Source of the DNA: an uncultured Verrucomicrobiales bacterium
Lineage (GTDB): Bacteria > Verrucomicrobiota > Verrucomicrobiia > Verrucomicrobiales > DEV007
Length of the DNA stretch: 10,994 nucleotides
Reading direction: 5' to 3'
NCBI GenBank assembly: GCA_938091905.1
Contig: CALKOM010000162.1
Span: 1-10,994, forward strand
The position numbers and the translations under genes were made by a program. A model generated the notes under the pieces. It was not told the origin of the DNA and ran no database searches. It saw only the letters and a program-made list of their open reading frames with translations. Of this stretch, positions 1 to 7,198 are shown piece after piece (within the stretch, counting starts at the first letter, position 1; every line of letters begins with the position of its first letter).

Positions 1-419
1 TGGTCTCCAAAGAAAAGCCCACACCACCGCGACCGCAGTGAAGCGATCCAACAAGTGAAAGCCAATAGTGGCGAGGCCGAGCGAAAGCGTCTCTTGAATC
101 CCCCACCCACGACAACTGAATTCCGTAATGCGACGACAATCGATTCGGCAGCACCTTGCTTGACCCAAGTATCCGCATGGAGAAACCAGAGCACGTCTCC
201 CGTCGCTGCGGCAGCTCCCACGTTAAGTTGATGCGCCCGTTGACGCTTCTCACTGTGAATCACCAGCGCTCCACACGCTTCTGCTAGGCTCACCGTCGCA
301 TCCGTGCTCCCTGCGTCCACCACAGTGATCTCCAAAGGAGCGTTCAGAGCTTTAAGAGAGGCTAGAGTCTCGGGTAGATTGTCCGCTTCGTTCAGTGTGG
401 GCAAGATGACTGAGATCAC
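1..419 (-). CDS. Family 2 (GT-A) glycosyltransferase, TIGR04283-like (rSAM/selenodomain-associated, arsenosugar-linked); 3' end runs off the window
   Basis: Manual translation from GTG at 419 is open to base 1: MISVILPTLNEADNLPETLASLKALNAPLEITVVDAGSTDATVSLAEACGALVIHSEKRQRAHQLNVGAAAATGDVLWFLHADTW...GGGFKRRF...WCGLFFGD(Q). It has GT2 motifs (SVILPTLNE, VVDAGSTD) and the FLHAD and FGDQ motifs typical of this subfamily. The start overlaps the selD stop (GTGA, 416-419). Confidence 0.9.
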   Translation of the reverse strand, partial: MISVILPTLNEADNLPETLASLKALNAPLEITVVDAGSTDATVSLAEACGALVIHSEKRQRAHQLNVGAAAATGDVLWFLHADTWVKQGAAESIVVALRNSVVVGGGFKRRFRSASPLLAFTCWIASLRSRWCGLFFGD

Positions 420-2659
420 GACAACTGAATTGCGCGTTTCTCGCCCACTCTCCCCGTCACCCGACCAATGACAGCGGCCTCTTTATAGCCCGCCTCATGA
501 AGGGCTTTCAAAACATAATCCACCTGCTCGGAGCTGACCGTCGCTAGCAGGCCTCCACAGGTCTGGGGGTCAAAGAGCAGCGGATACTTGGGATCATCGA
601 CAAACGCCTCCGGGTTCTCAATGCCTTCCGATGCGGCATGATTGTCTGTATGAATCGAACTCAGAATCCCTTGGCCTGCCGTTTCTTTAGCCCCGGCCAG
701 TGTGGGAACAGCAGCGACGTCAAATTGGATACCGAGATTCTTCGGCGTCATTTCTAACAAATGCCCCAAGAGCCCGAATCCCGTCACATCCGTACAGGCC
801 GTCGCTCCGTGCCTCGACAGAATCTCCGCTGCCGCCGCATTATCCACCAGCATGTGATCTAGTGCCGCATCGATCCAGACACTCTTCGTTTTCAACCGCA
901 TCTCAGCCGCAAAGAGCGTCCCCGTGCCAATCGGCTTCGTTAGAATGAGCGCTTCCCCAGCCTGCATACCAGACTTCCGCAGAACTACTTCATTGCTAGC
1001 AAAGCCATTACAAGTCAGACCAAGAGCAAGATTTGCCCCCTCAGCAGTGTGACCTCCTAACAAATAGGCCCCATGGCGCGCCAAGACCGTGATTACGCCG
1101 GACAGCATCTGAAAGAGATTCTCTTCAATGACCGCCTCTTTCCCAAAGGGAATCTCAGCGAGTACCAATACGCCATAAGGCCGAGCGCCCATGGCCCAGA
1201 GATCGCTCAACGAATGGATGGCCACCAATTGGCCAAAGAGATAGGGATCCCCAACCAGGGCCGGCATGTAATCGACCGTTTGCACAAGCTGTTCACCATC
1301 TGGGACGGGAAACACAGCCGCATCATCACTATCATTGAGCTGAGACAGCACGTCATCATCTCCCTCCCGGCGAATACGCTGCAACGTTCGCCGCAAGACA
1401 CCACTTCCCACTTTGGCCGCACAGCCTAGACACCGCATCTCCGCACGGCGCTTTAAATCGAGAAGTGGATCATTCTTCCGGGCAACTTCCCTCGATGATG
1501 GCAAGGTCTTCGCAGCCTCCGCTTCCATGTCAGGGAAGATCTCAAACTTCTCCATGAACTTCCGATCTATCCAATCCTTAAGCTGCCACATCTTGGGAGA
1601 TTTCCAAGCAAGCCAACGACGCGACGCCACGGCAGACGCGGTCGCCGTTCCAATCAAACTCAGGAACTCTTTCTGCGGTTTAAACGGCTTTAACTCCTCC
1701 CCTTGAGCAATCGCCCCTAAATTGTCAAACAGAGGCCCACCTTGCCGAACGGCAAAGACGCCAGACTTTGGCCGTGGGTGGCTCTCCATCGTTGCCACAT
1801 CCCCCGCAGCAAAGACATGCGGATGCGAGGTTGACTGCAAAGTTTCTGACACCAATATAAATCCCTGATCATCCGTAGCCAACCCCGCCTCGCCAGGCCA
1901 TGCTGCCGGGCTCGCCTGCGTGACCCAGAAAGTGTGATCGGAGTGAATTAACTTCCCCGATTCGCAAAGTACACCGTGCTCTCGCACTTCCACCACACTT
2001 TCGTTCACGTGGACCTCAATTCCGCGATCTGACAGTAGCTTTACAAAATGCCCTCGCACTTTCACATTGTGCGTCATTAGAATCTCGCCCGCCCGATGCA
2101 CCAAATGCACTTGCGTCTTTCCCTCAAGCTGCTTGTGCATGCCTAGCGCCAACTCTACGCCCCCTGCGCCCGCTCCCACAATGACGATGTCCTTCGGCGT
2201 CACCCCGCGACCATGAGCGTCCACCATCTGCGTCCATTTCTCTAACAACGCCGGCACCGGTTTGGAAGCCGTCGACCATTGCTCCGCCCCCCGAATACTC
2301 GTCATGTCCGGCGTGCTGCCAATATTGATCGAGGCGTAATCGAATCGCAACGAAGGTCGCCCTTTGAGAAAGACGCGATTCTCCTTTAAATCCATCCCCA
2401 AAACAGGGCTCATGATAAACCGAACCTGCGCAAACCGACATAATTTCCTAAGATCGATGTGGACCTCATCGTGCGAGTAAAACCCAGCAATGTGCCCCGG
2501 CAGCATCCCAGAATAAGGCGCCATCGACACGTCGGAGATCAGCGTCACGTCCACCCCTTCCAAAGGATTCATTCCTAACATCCGCAACAATAGCGCATGA
2601 GTATGCCCTCCCCCAACTAAGACAATCTGGGTAGCAATCGGAGCTTCAGGAGCCATCAT
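416..2659 (-). CDS. selD: Selenide, water dikinase (selenophosphate synthetase) fused to an N-terminal FAD-dependent pyridine nucleotide-disulfide oxidoreductase domain, ~747 aa
   Basis: N-terminal domain has IVLVGGGHTH, PYSGMLPG, IVIVGAGAGGVE, VFAAGD, PKSGVFAVRQG and WQLKDWIDRKFM. SelD domain has MRCLGCAAKVG, DDAAVF, QTVD, GGHT, TKPIGTG, TDVTGFGLLGHL and DPQTCGGLL. Start placed at the ATG-ATG pair (2659/2656) just before the first Rossmann motif rather than at 2797. Confidence 0.95.
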   Translation of the reverse strand: MMAPEAPIATQIVLVGGGHTHALLLRMLGMNPLEGVDVTLISDVSMAPYSGMLPGHIAGFYSHDEVHIDLRKLCRFAQVRFIMSPVLGMDLKENRVFLKGRPSLRFDYASINIGSTPDMTSIRGAEQWSTASKPVPALLEKWTQMVDAHGRGVTPKDIVIVGAGAGGVELALGMHKQLEGKTQVHLVHRAGEILMTHNVKVRGHFVKLLSDRGIEVHVNESVVEVREHGVLCESGKLIHSDHTFWVTQASPAAWPGEAGLATDDQGFILVSETLQSTSHPHVFAAGDVATMESHPRPKSGVFAVRQGGPLFDNLGAIAQGEELKPFKPQKEFLSLIGTATASAVASRRWLAWKSPKMWQLKDWIDRKFMEKFEIFPDMEAEAAKTLPSSREVARKNDPLLDLKRRAEMRCLGCAAKVGSGVLRRTLQRIRREGDDDVLSQLNDSDDAAVFPVPDGEQLVQTVDYMPALVGDPYLFGQLVAIHSLSDLWAMGARPYGVLVLAEIPFGKEAVIEENLFQMLSGVITVLARHGAYLLGGHTAEGANLALGLTCNGFASNEVVLRKSGMQAGEALILTKPIGTGTLFAAEMRLKTKSVWIDAALDHMLVDNAAAAEILSRHGATACTDVTGFGLLGHLLEMTPKNLGIQFDVAAVPTLAGAKETAGQGILSSIHTDNHAASEGIENPEAFVDDPKYPLLFDPQTCGGLLATVSSEQVDYVLKALHEAGYKEAAVIGRVTGRVGEKRAIQLS

Positions 2660-2752
2660 GCTCTCTACCAACCCGGGATGCCCCAGCTTGTCAATCCTCG
2701 CCCACTGGCTTCCGGGACGCCAAGCCGAAAGCCACCAGCTTCCAACCCAAGA

Positions 2753-2781
2753 TTGCCGAGCCCTCGTCACCTTGATAGAGT
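2753..2781 (+). promoter_or_regulatory. Putative sigma70-type promoter for the repeat-protein gene pair
   Basis: TTGCCG (2753-2758), 17-bp spacer, TAGAGT (2776-2781), with an extended -10 TG at 2773-2774. It lies in the divergent intergenic gap, 6 bp before the inferred first codon. Confidence 0.5.
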
Positions 2782-2787
2782 CCCGCT

Positions 2788-3772
2788 GCGAAGACACCCA
2801 TCGTTGCCATCACCTTTCTGGTTGTGGGCCTTGGCTGGAAAGTCAGGGCTCCTTCGAAGGTCGAACCTTCAGAAAACGGTTTCACATCAACTTCAGAGGG
2901 CTCCATTCTCCCAATTCCCCAGACAGGAAATAGCCAGAGCACGGCCTCCAGCGGTCTCAAAAGCGACACCACCAAGAACCGAGACACGCTTCTCGCGATC
3001 CCCGAACACGAAGGTCCCTTGACCAGCAACGCTCAGGTATATCAGTTCCTAACGAGCTTCAGCTCGAAGGATCACTTAAACCTCACCCAATCTATAGAAC
3101 CCATCAAGATTCGGCAGTAGCAGCGGCGTATGCCGAAAGTCTTGAAGACCCATCCAGCCAGCAATCCGCCCTCCAGAACATCATACCCAATTGGGCAAGG
3201 ATCGATCCCGACGAAGCCATCGCACACTACACTCGAGGAACACGATAGGCCTGCTGTTCTCCAGAACATGATCAGAATGATCGTCAACACAGACATTGAT
3301 AGCGCAATCGATTTCTAGGAGTCCAACGCAGCCACCTTGGCAGACGAAGACTCGAAACACAATCTCGGACAATCTAGTCGATACTTGGGCCAACTTCGAT
3401 GTGGCTGCAGCAGCCGAATGGTCTGCCTCCCTGGAGATGCCTGAAGCACGCACACGAGCGATCGACGAAGCCGCCGGTGCATGGATCCATCAAGATTCCT
3501 TGCCTGCCTCCGAGTGCCTCGGAAAACTTCCAGAGGGTCCTGACAGGGATGCTGCAGTTCGCCAATTGGTCAGCCACGTTCAGATGAACGGTCCCAGCGC
3601 CGCCTTTACTTGGGCTATCACCTTAAGCGAAGAAGGCAAACGGACATAATTCTTACAAGGAGTGATCAGCTAGTGGAAGCAGACCGATCCCAACGTCGCT
3701 CTCCAAGCCTTGCAATCAGCAAACCTCAACAACGATGATTACAACAGGTTAACCAAGCAACTTAAAGAATGA
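2788..3772 (+). pseudogene. Pseudogene A: membrane-anchored/exported 32-aa helical repeat protein, internally deleted
   Basis: Hydrophobic N-terminus (A)KTPIVAITFLVVGLGWKV begins at GCG 2788 with no valid start codon there. Frame changes occur at ~3100, ~3231 and ~3350, and stops at TAG 3316, TAA 3647 and TAG 3671. The reconstructed C-terminus ...DTWANFDVAAAAEWSASLE...WKQTDPNVALQALQSANLNNDDYNRLTKQLKE ends at TGA 3770-3772, overlapping the next ATG. Confidence 0.85.
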
Positions 3773-5852
3773 AGGCCGTCCTTGCAGCATTAGCACTACT
3801 CCTCGTCGGCTTTGCTCTCGGCTGGGCGCTAAAGCCACCTCCTTTATCCACCTTGGCAGAAAGCAGCTCTCCTGTATCTTCCATATTGGACACGACCGGC
3901 TCGAAGAGTATCGAGTCGTTTAGGAGCTCACCCGAGGCAGGCACAGCACTCGTCAATCTCTATGATGAGCACAGATCAATGGAGAATCAGATGCAGGCCT
4001 ACCGCCAGCTCTCTCGCCTCAGCCCAAAGGAGCTGCAAACTCTAGCGGAACCACTCGGCACCATTTCCGATGATCTTCGCTATCACCAACTTCGCCAAGC
4101 GCTGGGCGGAAGTCGACTTTGAAGGACTATTCGCGTTTGGCCTTCAAACGAAAGATCCCAAACTCAGCAGACATGCAATGAACCAGGCCATCAACGTGGC
4201 CGCCAAACGAGACCATCACCGAGCTCTATCACTTATCGATACTATCGAGAATGAGCATTTGCGGCGGGAGGCGCTATGCACAGTCACACTCATCCTATCA
4301 AAAAACGACCCACTTGCGACCTTTGCGGCAGTCAAGAAGGAATCATTGGAAGATTATTATTACCTAGAAGTCTTCCGCTCTTGGGCAAACAATGCGCCAC
4401 TTGAAGCCGTAGAGCATCTTGCGACGATCACCTCTCGGGAAGACCGTCGAAACGCCATCAATGGACTTACTCAATCCTGGGGATCCAAGGATCCTGAGGG
4501 CACCGCTGATTGGGCCATCGCCCTCAGCAATCGAAACGAACGCCGACAGGCGCGGCAAGGCATCATGTGTAATGTTCGTGACCTTACCCAGGGCACCCAA
4601 CTTTTAGAGAAACTAGCACTAAAATGAAAGGATCGCCTAACGGCTATCAATGCACTCGCTGGAAATGCTTTTCAAGCGGATATCGATGGTGCGCTTGCCT
4701 GGACTCGAACACTTATACCAAAAGAGCACTCCCAAGTGATCGCAAATCAGCTCTACCACATCACTCAAGTCGATCCTGAGAGAGCGCGCCAACTCTAGGA
4801 CGCGCGACCTGACAGTCAGCTCAGGCACGGAACGAAACAGCTGGCGCGGGCTCTGGCTAAAAAAGATCAAGCCAACGCCCAAGACCGGGCGGATTCGCTC
4901 CCTCCAGGCAACGCCAGACGAGAAGCCATCCAAGGCATTGTTGCAGAACTGCAGCTTACCGATCCTAAAGCCAGAGCAGACCATTTAGAACGTGTTGGGC
5001 TCAGCGGCCAAATCACCTACTTTGCAGAGGAAGTTGTCAGCGCTTGGTTCGATCGCGACCCGAGTGCCGCTAAAACGTGGGCCACTTCACAAACCGACCT
5101 CGATGTTCGCAAGCGCCTCACTCACGCCCTGGTCTTACATTGGTCCCGAGAGGACCCTGCTGGCGCCGTTGCCTTCAGCGCAGAAATACAGGCCCCCACT
5201 CACCGCCGCTCCGCCTTACAGAAAGTCATGCCAAACTAGGCCAACCTCAATTCAGACGAAGCCATCGCTTACTTCAACAGTCTCGAAGCCGAAGATCAGC
5301 CGACCATTCTTCAGACCATGATCAGTAATGCGCCAATTCAGACATTAACAGCGCCGTAGAACTCGTTGAATCGCACCTCTCTCGTTCCTCTGTCGAGGCC
5401 CCGGGGAATGGAAACGTCGCGGCAGCCAGAAACGTCGCGGCAGCCAGAAACGTCGTGGATAGCTGGGCTGAGTTTGACGTCAGCGCTGCGGCCGTTTGGT
5501 CTGCTGCTCTTGAAGATCCCACTGTAAGAATGAACGCAGTCAATGAGGCCACGCAAAACTGGCTACGCCAAGACTCCATTGCCGCATCAGAATGGGTTGG
5601 GGAGCTTCCATCTGGAGCTCCCCAACCCATTCTGCTGTGGGAATCTTGATTGGACACATTAAGCAAGATGATCCCAGCGCCGCCTTCGCTTGAGCCACGA
5701 CGCTAGAGAACAAGGATCAACGCCAACGTGAGTTCAGTCGCATCCTCAAGACCTGGAAGGCCTCCGATCCAAACGCCGCCATGGGTGCCCTACGGTCTAC
5801 AGACCTTAGCAATGAGGACTATCATTCACTCGCCAAGCAAATGGAGCAGTGA
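3769..5852 (+). pseudogene. Pseudogene B: paralogous ~690-codon membrane-anchored/exported 32-aa helical repeat protein
   Basis: Starts MKAVLAALALLLVGFALGWALK. Frameshifts at ~4080, ~5331 and ~5620; in-frame stops TGA 4625, TAG 4796, TAG 5237 and TGA 5691, the last two where the paralog has Trp. Ends ...TWKASDPNAAMGALRSTDLSNEDYHSLAKQMEQ at TGA 5850-5852, colinear with the end of pseudogene A. Confidence 0.88.
5411..5455 (+). repeat. 18-bp tandem repeat, 2.5 copies (GAAACGTCGCGGCAGCCA)
   Basis: Exact copies at 5411-5428 and 5429-5446, then GAAACGTCG at 5447-5455. Reads NVAAAR-NVAAAR-NV in the pseudogene frame. Confidence 0.95.
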
Positions 5853-5997
5853 CCACGATTTGCGGCCAAACCCCTAACAAGGCCTCAACACAACGTGTCT
5901 CTGCTCCTGACCCATGGATGCCCTGACCAAAGGCAAGGTCTCTGCCTCTGCGAATCCTCGTTGCTATTCTGTTCAAAATGGCTACCCCTTTCATGGA

Positions 5998-7197
5998 ATG
6001 CCGACGCCCTACACTTCAAGGCCTAGCTCCTCTCGTTGGATCATCTTAGGCCTCGCCGCCTTGTTGGTTCTTGGATTGTTATATGCAATTCAGACGATTC
6101 GAAAGGCCCCAGAAGTTGGGGCGGGTCCAACAGTCGCGCCCTCGGACATGCCGCCAGCGGCAGTCTACGTGCAGTCCCTCATCCAGGAGACCACGGAGAA
6201 CATCGCAAGAGCGACCGGTAGCCTACGAGCGCTGTCCCGAGCAGAGGTCGCGGCGCGCGAAGCCGGTGCCATCATCGAAATGAATGTCGACGAGGGCGAC
6301 GTCGTTAAGAAAAGCGCAGTGTTAGCGACGCTAGACTCTCGTAGAGCGGTCGCGTTGTTGGCAGAAGCCCAAGCAAGCCTCACCGCAGCTGAAAGCCTCG
6401 TCCGTCAGCGACAAGCCGAAGCCTCTCGAGCCACGGAGGACCTAGCCATGAAGCGAAGCTTGTTAGAACGACGAGCGATTTCCAAGAGTGACATCCTCGA
6501 TGCCGAACGCGCTCTCACCGTGGCCGAGGCGCAAGGCAAAGCATCAGTAGACGGCGTGGCGCAGGCACAAGGGCAGGTCGATTTCCTCACGGTCCAACTC
6601 GATGATCACACGATTCGAGCGCCCTTTGCCGGAGTCGTCGTCGAACGCCATATGGAAATCGGAGAATGGGCAACGACGGGTGCCACGGTCGTCACTCTGG
6701 TAGCGACAGATCCTGTTGAGGCCTGGTTACGTGTGCCCACGAGATATCGCACAAGCGTCAGTTCCTCACCCGAGTCGCTAAAAATACGCCAATCATCCAC
6801 TGGCAACACGTTCAAGCCAGCCAAGGTGACGCTTGTCCCTGATGTCGAGCCACTGAGCCAGCTGTTCACCGTCGTGGCCGAACTGACAAATAAAGATGGC
6901 CAATTCACACCAGGAGAATCGATCACCGGACTAGTGCCTGTCAGCGAGCGAGCCCCCCATTGGAAAGTAAGTGTGGATGCCATCTTACGTGCAAGTAGCG
7001 GCGATTTCCTCTATGTGGCAGGGCCTGATGACACTGCTGTAAACGTGCCCGTAGAGGTCGCGTTCGAACGCGATGGCACCGCCTTCATCCTCGTCTCAGC
7101 CACTGACCTAAGAAAGGACTCCCAAGTGGTCGTTGAAGGGAACGAACGCTTGCAGCCTGGCCAGACCTTGATGATTCGCGAACGGGACGACTCCTGA
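5998..7197 (+). CDS. RND efflux periplasmic adaptor (membrane fusion protein), ~399 aa
   Basis: N-terminal TM segment (WIILGLAALLVLGLLYAI), lipoyl half-motifs (VDEGDVVKKSAVLATLD; IRAPFAGVV), an alpha-helical hairpin, FTPGES and C-terminal VVVEGNERLQPG. ATG 5998 is preferred over 5914 because the extra 28 residues look non-coding; the start is uncertain. Confidence 0.93.
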   Translation: MPTPYTSRPSSSRWIILGLAALLVLGLLYAIQTIRKAPEVGAGPTVAPSDMPPAAVYVQSLIQETTENIARATGSLRALSRAEVAAREAGAIIEMNVDEGDVVKKSAVLATLDSRRAVALLAEAQASLTAAESLVRQRQAEASRATEDLAMKRSLLERRAISKSDILDAERALTVAEAQGKASVDGVAQAQGQVDFLTVQLDDHTIRAPFAGVVVERHMEIGEWATTGATVVTLVATDPVEAWLRVPTRYRTSVSSSPESLKIRQSSTGNTFKPAKVTLVPDVEPLSQLFTVVAELTNKDGQFTPGESITGLVPVSERAPHWKVSVDAILRASSGDFLYVAGPDDTAVNVPVEVAFERDGTAFILVSATDLRKDSQVVVEGNERLQPGQTLMIRERDDS

Positions 7198-7198
7198 C

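Noticed and set aside
108..431. Exact 15-bp direct repeat CACGACAACTGAATT at 108-122 and 417-431
   Set aside because: Only two copies, both inside intact coding sequence and read in different frames, with no mobile element signature. Most likely chance.
700..2441. Short alternative-frame and antisense ORFs within selD (likewise those inside the RND genes, 6036-10749)
   Set aside because: They lie inside well-supported genes, have no recognisable motifs and are expected shadow ORFs.
2662..2694. Perfect TTGACA on the minus strand (2694-2689) as the selD promoter
   Set aside because: The nearest -10-like hexamer (TAGAGA) is 21 bp away and lacks the conserved final T. Possible, but not supportable.
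2660..2797. 46-aa N-terminal extension of the SelD fusion in the ORF track
   Set aside because: It has no family-like sequence and overlaps the divergent promoter and start of pseudogene A. Homology begins after ATG 2659/2656.
5411..5455. Possible CRISPR array or mobile-element end
   Set aside because: The units are contiguous with no spacers, and there is no cas or transposase gene in the window.
2824..5666. Treating the individual short ORFs in this interval as separate small genes
   Set aside because: The meaningful plus-strand ones are consecutive fragments of two longer paralogous reading frames; the rest are off-frame or antisense shadows.
4625..5693. In-frame TGA codons (4625, 5691) near selD as selenocysteine codons or evidence of a recoded genetic code
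   Set aside because: The same genes also carry TAG and TAA stops and frameshifts. TGA 5691 aligns to Trp (TGG) in the paralog, not Cys. Neighbouring intact genes use TGA as a normal stop, and I recognised no SECIS-like hairpin.
5853..5997. Terminator, riboswitch or operator upstream of the RND operon; longer adaptor start at 5914
   Set aside because: Only a 5-bp stem (AGGCA/TGCCT, 5931-5947) without a U-tract, and a TTGCTA with no good -10. Residues encoded by 5914-5997 do not resemble an adaptor N-terminus.
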